From a virus (lineage: Duplodnaviria; Caudoviricetes): a DNA stretch of 35,262 nt. The notes under the pieces were generated by a model. That model did no database searches. It was not told the DNA's origin and was given only the letters and a program-made list of their open reading frames with translations. Positions 18,029 through 27,344 of the stretch are shown here, in pieces. Made by a program: the position numbers and the translations under genes. The first letter of the stretch is position 1, and every line of letters begins with the position of its first letter. The stretch covers positions 1 to 35,262 of IMG/VR virus record IMGVR_UViG_3300047511_000315; one strand, written 5' to 3'.

Positions 18029-19279
18029 TTAAGGAGTCTGTATGCCATTTTCAAAACTAATTGGGTTGCCAGATGATCCACAAACAGTTGCAATTTTACC
18101 CATCAATGTATCCATTGCAGTAATTGTTGCAGTTTCACTACACTTCACATAAATCTTGTACACATATTGATCATTATCAAAAGTGCTAGTAGGATTATTC
18201 AACCTTGGAATGCTATGCTGAATGTAATAAACTTTGTACAAGGCATCACGATCAATTGCAGCAAGAATATCATCAGAACCCTCAATTTGACGAATACGTG
18301 CTGAATCTGGGTTTCCTTGATTATAAGGAGATTGCATGTAAGATTCAGTGAGAAGAACATCTCTCAAAACAGTTTCACCGGAAGTTTGCTGCATTGTTCC
18401 AGCAGTTGTAGTTACAACACCACATGTATTGCAAGGATCACCGGTTTCATTCAAGATTGAACCAATCAACTGAACAGGCTCTTTACCATAATAATCACGA
18501 GTGTCAAAAGAACAATTACCAAACTTAGTATCAACATAAGCACCTTGGAAAGTAACAGAAGCAACAATGTTAGCAGTAACTGGATCTGCAGAAGGAGTAT
18601 AGTTTCCAGAAGAAGCCAACCCCAAAACTTGTTGAATAGTGTAAGTAACAGCAGCTGCGGCACCAACTTTTACAGTCATTCCACCGCCTGGTTTTTCAAT
18701 TACAAAAGGCTTGATGATAGGATCTTCCAACAGCATAGCAGCAGCTTTTGCCAAAGCAACAGCAGGATCAAGATATTCTTGGTCAATTGCACAGCAATTA
18801 CCAGGTACAACATTTACTGCAGAACTTCCAGAACTATCACCAATTGCATAAGCATTATGATTCAAAAATCTCAATGCTGGAGCGCCTTTGACATCTAAAC
18901 GCAAAAACAAATTTGATCCACATGGAGCACAAGTAGGTCCAACTTCAATTTTTGTAGTTGCTGCAGTAGCAGTTACACAGTCAGAAGAATACAACCGGCT
19001 CACATATCTTGGATTAATACCCTTAGACTTAACGGATTCTGTGTACCCGCCATGACCAGGATTGTTACCAATATTATCTTGGGTATGAAAACTACCTTGA
19101 ACAAGATAAAACAAAATACCAGTTGGAATTGTGCCAGCACCAGATGCAGCAATAGATGCCCATGTGTTACCATTTACAAGTTCAAACTGTCCAGGAGTAA
19201 AAGCTGATGTTTTTGTACCAGCAGCGGCAAAGCTATTTACAACAAATGCTTTGGAAAAAGAGTGATTAAAGTACGACAT
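18029..19279 (-). CDS. Conserved crAss-like structural protein (auxiliary capsid / gene 73-like)
   Basis: 416 aa with ESVKSKGINPRYVSR. Has its own promoter and terminator, as expected for an abundant virion protein; synteny agrees. Confidence 0.55.
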   Translation of the reverse strand: MSYFNHSFSKAFVVNSFAAAGTKTSAFTPGQFELVNGNTWASIAASGAGTIPTGILFYLVQGSFHTQDNIGNNPGHGGYTESVKSKGINPRYVSRLYSSDCVTATAATTKIEVGPTCAPCGSNLFLRLDVKGAPALRFLNHNAYAIGDSSGSSAVNVVPGNCCAIDQEYLDPAVALAKAAAMLLEDPIIKPFVIEKPGGGMTVKVGAAAAVTYTIQQVLGLASSGNYTPSADPVTANIVASVTFQGAYVDTKFGNCSFDTRDYYGKEPVQLIGSILNETGDPCNTCGVVTTTAGTMQQTSGETVLRDVLLTESYMQSPYNQGNPDSARIRQIEGSDDILAAIDRDALYKVYYIQHSIPRLNNPTSTFDNDQYVYKIYVKCSETATITAMDTLMGKIATVCGSSGNPISFENGIQTP

Positions 19280-19331
19280 TTTTTTTAAATTTAAATTTTA
19301 TAAATAAACATTTTGTGCACCGTGCACATAT

Positions 19332-19362
19332 ATAATATAAACTATTTTTTTCAATTTTCAAA
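19332..19362 (-). promoter_or_regulatory. TTTG-N19-TATATTAT promoter
   Basis: TTTG at 19362-19359 and TATATTAT at 19339-19332, followed by the palindrome TGTGCAC-N-GTGCACA (19314-19328). Confidence 0.6.
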
Positions 19363-19420
19363 CATTTAAGCCAAAAAAATTAATTTATATTTTGCTGAGT
19401 TGATTGCATCTTTTACAGTT

Positions 19421-20125
19421 TTAGTTGTTTCTTTCTGCAGATTGTTGTTCTCTTTGCATTTGATTAAAGTTTTCAATATCACCGGCTATGATGGCAGCTG
19501 TATCATCAAGAATAACTTCTGTAATATCATCTTTAAACTCACATATAACATCAGTGGTAGAAACAACTCCTGTGTAAGGATTTAAAGAACCAGCAAATTG
19601 AATTTTTACAGGTTGTCTATAGTAAGTTAAAACTGAGTTTGAAACATTAAAATCTCTAACATAAATCCTAACTTTATTGTTAATCAAAGTGGCAATAGTT
19701 TCACTCCAATCAAAGTCCGGCCTTTTCAATGGATCCCTTAAATATAAACTAATATTAGCCTCTTCCACAAGATAAACAGTCATTGACCTAGGTTTTTCAC
19801 AACACTCAGTAAAAGCATCGGTGGTCAATCTTTTATATTCCAAATAATCCGCGGGAGGAAAATTAGTACTTTCAAAATATTTACCGTTAGAAGTTCCAGT
19901 TAAATTAAATTCAGTTAGTAAAATTTGTAAATCATCAATTCTCCTCTTAGAATATTCATCCCCTTCTTTGTATAAATTATTTCCGTGAAGCATACGTCTA
20001 ACCCATTCTACTTGAGCTTTATTAAAAGCCTCAATAATCTGCCAGTTTTCTATATTGTCATAGTCATTACTAGAAAGCTTGTTAAGTCTTTGCTTTAATT
20101 TCAAACGTAGAATCTGATTATTCAT
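19421..20125 (-). CDS. Ring/neck protein (crAss gene 74-like)
   Basis: 234 aa with NKLSSNDYDN...FNKAQ...RRIDDLQILL and LTYYRQP; synteny downstream of the MCP. Confidence 0.65.
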   Translation of the reverse strand: MNNQILRLKLKQRLNKLSSNDYDNIENWQIIEAFNKAQVEWVRRMLHGNNLYKEGDEYSKRRIDDLQILLTEFNLTGTSNGKYFESTNFPPADYLEYKRLTTDAFTECCEKPRSMTVYLVEEANISLYLRDPLKRPDFDWSETIATLINNKVRIYVRDFNVSNSVLTYYRQPVKIQFAGSLNPYTGVVSTTDVICEFKDDITEVILDDTAAIIAGDIENFNQMQREQQSAERNN

Positions 20126-20129
20126 ATAA

Positions 20130-21146
20130 TTAAATTACCCAATATGTTTCAATTTTATTTAACAAAGATGTTAGAATTTCTTCATTAATTGGATCCTTTA
20201 AAAATTCAACTACTTCAGATGGGTTTTTACCCAGCTTTTGAGTGCCGTCAAAAGTTTCAATCCAACCGTTTGCTTTTGGCACAATAAATCTATAAAATAT
20301 TGAATCTTTAACTAAAGCTCTAATTTTCAAATCCTCCATTGAAGATTCTGATGTATCTAAAAACTGTTTAGCCGCCCTAATTTTATTAGTTTCAGATCCT
20401 TCCCCATTAATAAACAAGTCCATGTTCTCATACAAAATATCATTCGGTGTTGACTTAGTATATTGCGTACTATTAATATCAACAACTTTAGCAACATACA
20501 TAAGTTTATTTGTATTAGTATCATAAAGCTTTTGAAGCTCTGCAATTGCTCTGTTTCTAATTTTACTAAGTTCAGTCCTTGTGTTAACAGTTTCTTGCAA
20601 TTGATCTAAATAAAACTTAGGTGAATCTGAAGAAGATTTTGCCTCTTTAAGCGATTTTGCAACAATACTAAAACCACCAGCATTTATAGCATACAGCTTT
20701 ATAAGATCATAGGGATCTGTTTCTGGGTCTAAATAAACTGGGTCATTGCCACAACGTAATGAAATTTTAGACCAAAATTTATCATTATCTGGTTTAAGTA
20801 GAGTGACTTTATTCCAAAAATCTTTGTCTTCTGGGTCAATTACATTTGCAGCAAGTTCAGCTTCTAACTGAGCAACCACCTTTCTAATCTCTTTAATCTT
20901 TGCAGCTTTTTCTACAGCAGGTAGTTTTTTTACTTCTGGAGCAAACTCATTTAAGCCTGTCACATATCTTTTAACACCATTTAATTCCAAACAAGCTAAA
21001 GACTCTTGGTGCCAAACACCATCATACAGAGCCATTCCATAATTTTCTAAACCCATGTTCTGTTTATTAGAATCAAAGTATGGGCGGATTGCAATAGTTT
21101 TGCTTTTGTTTTGTTGATACTTTTCTACAATTGTGTAATCATTCAT
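20130..21146 (-). CDS. Conserved crAss-like protein (gene 75-like)
   Basis: 338 aa with DKFWSKISL...YLDPETDPYDLI; synteny downstream of the MCP. Confidence 0.6.
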   Translation of the reverse strand: MNDYTIVEKYQQNKSKTIAIRPYFDSNKQNMGLENYGMALYDGVWHQESLACLELNGVKRYVTGLNEFAPEVKKLPAVEKAAKIKEIRKVVAQLEAELAANVIDPEDKDFWNKVTLLKPDNDKFWSKISLRCGNDPVYLDPETDPYDLIKLYAINAGGFSIVAKSLKEAKSSSDSPKFYLDQLQETVNTRTELSKIRNRAIAELQKLYDTNTNKLMYVAKVVDINSTQYTKSTPNDILYENMDLFINGEGSETNKIRAAKQFLDTSESSMEDLKIRALVKDSIFYRFIVPKANGWIETFDGTQKLGKNPSEVVEFLKDPINEEILTSLLNKIETYWVI

Positions 21147-21177
21147 AATGTTTTGGTTTAGGTTTTAAATTATAACT

Positions 21178-21198
21178 CAAAAGTACATAATTATGTAC
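21178..21198 (-). promoter_or_regulatory. TACTTTTG -7 box overlapped by a perfect 16-bp palindrome
   Basis: TAnnTTTG match at 21185-21178; GTACATAATTATGTAC at 21183-21198. Confidence 0.55.
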
Positions 21199-21244
21199 AT
21201 TTTTTATAATCTAATGCCGGTTTCCCGGCAAAAGTTTTTTGAGT

Positions 21245-21502
21245 TTATGCTGTTACTACAGTAACAGCTTTTGTAGTAGTGTTAAGATACAAATCCCCAA
21301 CAGCCAAACCAGCAGTCACTGCTGCTGCGTTATTAGCATAAGATCTGGCAACTAAGGTGCTTTGGACATCAGCAAAAGCCTCAGTACCAAATTCCGACCT
21401 TTTAAAAAGACCGGCTGCAACAATTGCATCAATAAATTTTTCAATAGTTACATTTGTAAACTCCCAAATGTATTTAAAAGGTCCTTTTTTATAAATTGAC
21501 AT
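21245..21502 (-). CDS. Small virion protein, possible head fibre/decoration
   Basis: 85 aa directly after the MCP. C-terminal YANNAAAVTAGLAVGDLY motif resembles phage fibre tips. Confidence 0.5.
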   Translation of the reverse strand: MSIYKKGPFKYIWEFTNVTIEKFIDAIVAAGLFKRSEFGTEAFADVQSTLVARSYANNAAAVTAGLAVGDLYLNTTTKAVTVVTA

Positions 21503-21528
21503 AATTTTTTTAAATTAAATTGTTAAAC

Positions 21529-21561
21529 AAAAAAAGTGGGGAGGCACTCAGACCTCCCCTC
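21529..21561 (-). terminator. Intrinsic terminator after the major capsid gene
   Basis: Minus strand GGGGAGG-N8-CCTCCCC, then AC and T7. Confidence 0.75.
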
Positions 21562-21577
21562 TTTTGATTTACAAATT

Positions 21578-23197
21578 TTAGAACGAACCTCCCGTAACTG
21601 GGTTTCTCATTACAATTTTAAGAACCTTGGTTGGGTCTTTAACCCAAATAGCAGGCATTGTTTGGCTCATGTACACACGGTATCCGTTGAATTGACCGGA
21701 GCTTGCAAAGCCTTGACTTCTACCCATATAGTCCATAGTACCATTTTGATAGAACCACTTCAGTTGATTATCCCAGCTAAGTTTCAAAAGATAAATGTTA
21801 TCATTACCATTTTCAGTGACATCAAAGATGATGAAGCTATAAGAGCTCAAAGGGCGGCCGTCAATCAATGGATTTTCAACATCGTTTGTATGCAAGTTAT
21901 CAAATGCAGGGTTAAGAACAAACTTAACATTTGCCAAAAACGGAATTGTAAAGCTGGTATAAGCAAATCCAAAATCAAGATCCATGCCTTTACCATTAAC
22001 AGCTCCAATTTCAGAAGCATTCTGAACCAAACCAGAACCATAAACTTCATCAGCAATTGCTTTATTAATCATTTGCATACCGCCAATACCGGTTTGAACA
22101 ACAAGCTTGCGTTGAGGATCCGGACCTTTGAATTCAACTTTACCTTGATAAAAGTTGTAAAGTTCAGATTTGAACATATCAAGAGAAAATGAAGATTTGT
22201 TGTACACTCTCTTAAATGAATTGTCAAGCTGACTCCACAAACCTACAGACAGACGAATATCATCTGGACCATCTTGCTTAACTCTACCACCTTTACCCCA
22301 CATCAAGTAAGTTTCAATGTCGTTTGCAATTTTGCTAAGGTGAGCAGCTTCAAGGTTAGTAATAAAAGTTCTTGACAATTGACCGCTTTCAAAAGCCTGC
22401 CTTGCGCCAGATTTACCCATAGCAGCAACAAGTTCTTCAATTGAAGATACTGAAGGATTGTTTTGATCTTGGTTAAAGTTCCTCCAAATTTCAGTTACTG
22501 GTACAGTTCCATCAGCATTCAAACCACCTTTGATCATCAAATCTGCGCGGCTAGAAATTGAATAATGAACGTGAGCTTCAGCTCCTCCTACAAAGTTGTA
22601 GAACTCACGAAATCCTGAACCTGTTTCCATGTCAGAAAAACGCTCACCATACTCACCACGGGCGGAACCCTTACGGAAGAACTTAGTGCCAGGAGCAAGA
22701 TATTTATTTGCAAGTACTGCGGAGTTATTGTTATTTACCAGCTGAACAGTGTAAATAAAACCATCACCTGCAGAAATAATATCTGCTGCGGTAATATACA
22801 ATTCCAAACCATTGTACTTATCATAAGTGATAATATCACCATGACCAAAAGATCTCTTAGACAATTTGATAGTAAAAGTAGTACCATCAACACCTTTTGT
22901 AGTGTTAGCTGGATCAAGATCCAAAACAATAAAAGGAAGATCCTGTGCAATAGGAGTTTGCCATTTGTATTCTCCACGGGCATTGTCTACCAAAATAGTA
23001 TTTTTGCCACCAAAAGAAGCCATTTGGTACAAGGGCATTTCAACTTTTTGTGTCATTGCCCACAAATCAACAGGACCCATGTCCATAGGTTCTGCGCTAC
23101 CCAACATTTGAGTTAGGTGATATGAATCAACGTGAGAACTAGCCTTGTAGTTAGTATCTCTCAGGAAGATTCCATTGTTTAAAACTGGTGTTGCCAT
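21578..23197 (-). CDS. Major capsid protein (crAss-like, HK97 fold)
   Basis: 539 aa. Order is terminase-portal-acidic protein-MCP, with a terminator downstream. YLMWGKGG...GLWSQL and VKFVLNPAFD motifs. Confidence 0.8.
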   Translation of the reverse strand: MATPVLNNGIFLRDTNYKASSHVDSYHLTQMLGSAEPMDMGPVDLWAMTQKVEMPLYQMASFGGKNTILVDNARGEYKWQTPIAQDLPFIVLDLDPANTTKGVDGTTFTIKLSKRSFGHGDIITYDKYNGLELYITAADIISAGDGFIYTVQLVNNNNSAVLANKYLAPGTKFFRKGSARGEYGERFSDMETGSGFREFYNFVGGAEAHVHYSISSRADLMIKGGLNADGTVPVTEIWRNFNQDQNNPSVSSIEELVAAMGKSGARQAFESGQLSRTFITNLEAAHLSKIANDIETYLMWGKGGRVKQDGPDDIRLSVGLWSQLDNSFKRVYNKSSFSLDMFKSELYNFYQGKVEFKGPDPQRKLVVQTGIGGMQMINKAIADEVYGSGLVQNASEIGAVNGKGMDLDFGFAYTSFTIPFLANVKFVLNPAFDNLHTNDVENPLIDGRPLSSYSFIIFDVTENGNDNIYLLKLSWDNQLKWFYQNGTMDYMGRSQGFASSGQFNGYRVYMSQTMPAIWVKDPTKVLKIVMRNPVTGGSF

Positions 23198-23223
23198 AAT
23201 TTATTTTTTTTAATTGTTAAAGG

Positions 23224-24468
23224 TTAAAAGCGTTTAAAAATGTTATTTTGTCTTTGTATTTTTCTTTTACTGTTTGGTTCTTCATTGTCATATACTCCTG
23301 TAGAATTTGCACTATTGTTTGCTTGTTCAATTTTTAGTTTTCTAACAGTTGCTTCCACAGCTTTTTGAGATCCTTTTTCCATGATTTTAGATTTATAACC
23401 ATCAGGATCAGATAGCAACCAAAGTGCCTCTGAAATTAAAGCGTAATTTGGTTCAACAAATTGATACTTCTCTAAAAGATGCCCCAAAAGATTTGTATTT
23501 CTACCACTAACAGAAGGATAGTTTGGTTCAACTAAACCTGCAAAAAGCATATTTTGTGTCTTTTTATCTAATTTAATTTCACCAAGTTGACCATCTTTTA
23601 AAGTTTCATAAACATTATGAGCATATTTACGAGATGCATTTTCTTGTTGCCTACGTCTAAGTTCTTGTTCTTGAAGTTTTTGAGCTACAACTTCTTCTTG
23701 CATTTTGTCCAATTTTGGCTTAAACTTATTAGCTTGTGCTTCAAGTTTACCAAGATCTTTCCAAACTTCAATCTCCTCCTCAATTTCATCTTGTGTACCA
23801 TAACCGGTGAAATGTAAATAATTTCTAATTATTGTCTCTTGATCCTTTTCATCTTTAACATCAAGCTCTCTAGTTTCTTCAACATAAGCTAGTGTCTGAA
23901 ATAAACCTTTAAGATCAGAGCCACCGTTTGCTACATAACGAGCAGCAATTTGCAATTCTTCAGGCAAAGACTCAAAAAATTGTTTAGGAGTTTCCATTCG
24001 AGTCTGATTAGCCTTTTCTTCCAAATTAGCTTCAATCAGTTCTTCCCAATCTTTTATTGTGTATTCATCAAAAGGTTTATCATCATCAAAAGGAACAAGT
24101 TTTTGTTCTTTAATTAGTTTATTAAAAAGATCTGACATCCCCTCAATTTTCTTCCTCCCCCTTGTTTCAATTTTCTCATCATCAGATAAATTTTCTAAAT
24201 CTTCTATGGTAGCTACTGGAGTTTTATCTTTATTTTCATCAGGTTTATTATCAACCACTTTATCTTTAATATCATCTTTATCATCATCAGAATCTTCGGT
24301 GAATGAAAAATCCACAGGTTTTGATTTAGAAAAAATATTAACTGCTTTTTTCTCTGAACCAGACTCTGGAACAGTGATGCTATCCGCAGAGGCGGCTCCT
24401 CCAAAAAGTTGATCAATGTCTAGATCAAGAACTTCCACTTTAGTTTGCACGTTTTGTTGTGTACTCAT
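23224..24468 (-). CDS. Acidic scaffold-like protein (crAss gene 77-like)
   Basis: 414 aa with a D/E-rich disordered N-terminus and coiled coils; lies between portal and MCP. Confidence 0.65.
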   Translation of the reverse strand: MSTQQNVQTKVEVLDLDIDQLFGGAASADSITVPESGSEKKAVNIFSKSKPVDFSFTEDSDDDKDDIKDKVVDNKPDENKDKTPVATIEDLENLSDDEKIETRGRKKIEGMSDLFNKLIKEQKLVPFDDDKPFDEYTIKDWEELIEANLEEKANQTRMETPKQFFESLPEELQIAARYVANGGSDLKGLFQTLAYVEETRELDVKDEKDQETIIRNYLHFTGYGTQDEIEEEIEVWKDLGKLEAQANKFKPKLDKMQEEVVAQKLQEQELRRRQQENASRKYAHNVYETLKDGQLGEIKLDKKTQNMLFAGLVEPNYPSVSGRNTNLLGHLLEKYQFVEPNYALISEALWLLSDPDGYKSKIMEKGSQKAVEATVRKLKIEQANNSANSTGVYDNEEPNSKRKIQRQNNIFKRF

Positions 24469-24596
24469 ATTTTTTTGGTTTGTTGGTTATGTATATAATA
24501 TATAAAATTATTTTTAAATTAAACCTATAAAATTTTTTTGAAATGAAATATTTTACATCATATGGCTATAATCAAAAATAATTTTTACTTTAAACT

Positions 24597-27344
24597 TTAA
24601 TCATTTTTCTTCACTCCTTTATCATACTTATTTTTATTTTCTCTAGCTATCTCAAGCTGAGTTTGAGCAACTTCCCGTTGTGTGTTTAATCTTTCTTTTT
24701 CAACATTAAGTTTGTCTCTTTCAATACTACTTTTAACGGCATTCTCTTCTCTTTTAAAGTTCATCTGCTCCTGATACTCTGTTGTCTTACGTATATCAGT
24801 CATTGCATCTTTATAATCTGAAATCATATTCTTATTAACATCTTGGCCAGAACCAAAGGCAGCAGATCTAATTTCAGCAATTAAAATATCTTTTTGCCTA
24901 TTCTTCTCATTTTCAGTGATTTCAAAATTTATTTTCTCTTGATTCTCCTGTGCACGAGCCTGAAGTTGTTGTTCTTGCATCTGCCTTTGGTTTTCCATTG
25001 CCCTCTCTCTAATTTCATTTTGTTTTTCCTCAGAACTCTTAAGGGCAGATGTAATTTCAGCCATTGATTCAGATTTAATAATATTACCGAGATCATAAAT
25101 AGAGGCGCCGGCTGTATTATTTTGAATTGCAAGTTGTTTAAGTTGCTCTAAAACAGCTCTGTGATTGGTTTTTGTTGTAGCAAAAATGTTAAAATCTCTA
25201 AGCAAAAGCTTTGTACCATTAATAGTAAAATTAACTTTTTCCGCTTCACTTGTTATATAACTAAGCCTAACACTTGGATTTGAACTTTGATAAAACTGTG
25301 CTAAATCCGTTCTCATCTGATGAACACGAGGCATCAAATAATCAGAGTGCTGATTAAAGTAAATTTCTGTTTGAGCGTAAGATTGATTTAAGGCTTGTGT
25401 AACACCAGTGGCAGTTTCTTGTCCAATTGGAGCGCCAAGTCTTTGCGGATTAATTCCAATTGAATCAAAAGCCTGTTGTTTAAAATAATTAGAAAGCTGA
25501 ATTCTTGTCATTAATCTATTTGTTTGTTCAAGATTCAAAGTTTGATAATGCTGAAAAGATAAAGGGTTTTCGGTGTTAGTAATGCTAGTATCTAAAGGAA
25601 GCATCTGAAAATTTTTCATGGCTACAAATGCCTTAGCATAATTACCCTTTCCCCAATCCTCTCCCATAGAATGTCTAGGAAGAGCATTTTGATCAAACAT
25701 AATAACTGTGCCAAGCTCATCCACCAATATATCGGCAATTTGATTGTTAACCATATTATAACCAATCTGATAAGCTTTCATTAAATCAACTAAAGATGTT
25801 GATTTTGTATTTCTATCAGAGAACACACGACCCTCAACCGGTAATTTGCATCCATACAAAGTTTGACTGCCTTTAAATTGAAAAGGAATTCTGCCTGGTT
25901 TTTTTCTATTTATACCCAAATAAATTGGGTTGATATTATTAGATACATTTGATCTCCAAAAAGCTGGAAGGTTTGGTCCAATTTTAACACCACCCCAAAC
26001 TTCATTAATCCAAATCCATTCAATATGTTCTCCCTCAATAAGATTTTCTTTTGTTTTGTTTTTAAACATTGATGTATCGTATATAGGCTTTTCTGTAACC
26101 TTAAATGTTTCATCAATAATTTCTTGAATTACCTCACCTTCTGAAGTTATTTTAGTTAAATGACCTAATTTTCTTTGTGTTTTCCAGTAAGTTGTGCAGA
26201 CTCTCATTAAATATCTTTCACCCCAAGTTGAAATATCATCCCCCTCTTTTAAAATAGAACTTAAAATATCCCCGCCAATAGCTGGATCATTAGTCCAATT
26301 ACTAACAAAACGTCTATAGTCAAGACCTGGAGAATTTGTATTCCACTCATGCGACTTAGTAGCATCATAATAACTGCCATCATTTTGGTATCCATTTACT
26401 TGATACAATGCTGATTTAGCAGGGTAAATATTCTGAAGAGACACTAATTGTTCTTCTGTCATTAAATAACCATATTTGTCAACAACATCCGCGGCTGTCA
26501 TTAAGTCAATTTTACCAACAAAATTTCCCTCTGATATATATCTACTATCCGGAGATTTATGATAAAATGTAAGTACTGGATTCCATAACTCAACATCATA
26601 GTCATCTTCAAGCATCTTAAAATGCCAAAATTCTCTATCCGTGATGAGCATATCTCTAAAAGCCCTCTCCTCTAATTCTTGCATTTTAAATCTTTCTTCA
26701 TCAACTTTATACTGATGACTTGCCCATTCCTCTACTAAAGATCTATAATCTTTCCTAAAAAAGTCTTCAATTTCTGGAAGAGACTTAATATTTTCTGGAG
26801 CTAATGATTTTTGAGCTTCCTCACTTTGAGGATCCAATCCCATTTCAATCATTTTAGCAATAAGTTTTGACTCTGCATCAGCTAATAAATTCTGTTCAAT
26901 AAGAGCCCTTTTTTGTTCAAGCATCTCATTATAAGAGGTGTCATCAACAGCTCTAAATTGAATACCATTATATCTTTTAGAAAACTCTCCACAAAGTACA
27001 TTAATTACGTTTGGAATAATTGGATAGAATTTAAGTTCTAATGCTGATTCGTTTTCTTTGGTTAAAACGTCAAGCATATCAGCGTAGTCATTATCATCAG
27101 AAACAATGTAATCTGTTTTATCTATGATCCCCTTGGCAAGTTTATAGTTTTTAAGTAACTTTCTAGCATTCACTCTTAAAAATTCAACACCTTGTATTTC
27201 TAACCAATCTATATTCCAAGCTGCCCAATCATCATCTTTATCTTTTTGTGGTAAAAATTGAACCGGTTGTGTAAGGCTTGATGTAGCCTGGTAACCCTCT
27301 GCTTTAGCTCCTTTTTTTAAATCTAGTGCGTTGTATAGTTTCAT
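24597..27344 (-). CDS. Portal protein
   Basis: 915 aa with YPIIPNVINVLCGEFSKR, SLVDLMKAYQIGYN and GINPQRLG, plus a long C-terminal coiled coil. TAATG-coupled to terminase. Confidence 0.9.
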   Translation of the reverse strand: MKLYNALDLKKGAKAEGYQATSSLTQPVQFLPQKDKDDDWAAWNIDWLEIQGVEFLRVNARKLLKNYKLAKGIIDKTDYIVSDDNDYADMLDVLTKENESALELKFYPIIPNVINVLCGEFSKRYNGIQFRAVDDTSYNEMLEQKRALIEQNLLADAESKLIAKMIEMGLDPQSEEAQKSLAPENIKSLPEIEDFFRKDYRSLVEEWASHQYKVDEERFKMQELEERAFRDMLITDREFWHFKMLEDDYDVELWNPVLTFYHKSPDSRYISEGNFVGKIDLMTAADVVDKYGYLMTEEQLVSLQNIYPAKSALYQVNGYQNDGSYYDATKSHEWNTNSPGLDYRRFVSNWTNDPAIGGDILSSILKEGDDISTWGERYLMRVCTTYWKTQRKLGHLTKITSEGEVIQEIIDETFKVTEKPIYDTSMFKNKTKENLIEGEHIEWIWINEVWGGVKIGPNLPAFWRSNVSNNINPIYLGINRKKPGRIPFQFKGSQTLYGCKLPVEGRVFSDRNTKSTSLVDLMKAYQIGYNMVNNQIADILVDELGTVIMFDQNALPRHSMGEDWGKGNYAKAFVAMKNFQMLPLDTSITNTENPLSFQHYQTLNLEQTNRLMTRIQLSNYFKQQAFDSIGINPQRLGAPIGQETATGVTQALNQSYAQTEIYFNQHSDYLMPRVHQMRTDLAQFYQSSNPSVRLSYITSEAEKVNFTINGTKLLLRDFNIFATTKTNHRAVLEQLKQLAIQNNTAGASIYDLGNIIKSESMAEITSALKSSEEKQNEIRERAMENQRQMQEQQLQARAQENQEKINFEITENEKNRQKDILIAEIRSAAFGSGQDVNKNMISDYKDAMTDIRKTTEYQEQMNFKREENAVKSSIERDKLNVEKERLNTQREVAQTQLEIARENKNKYDKGVKKND

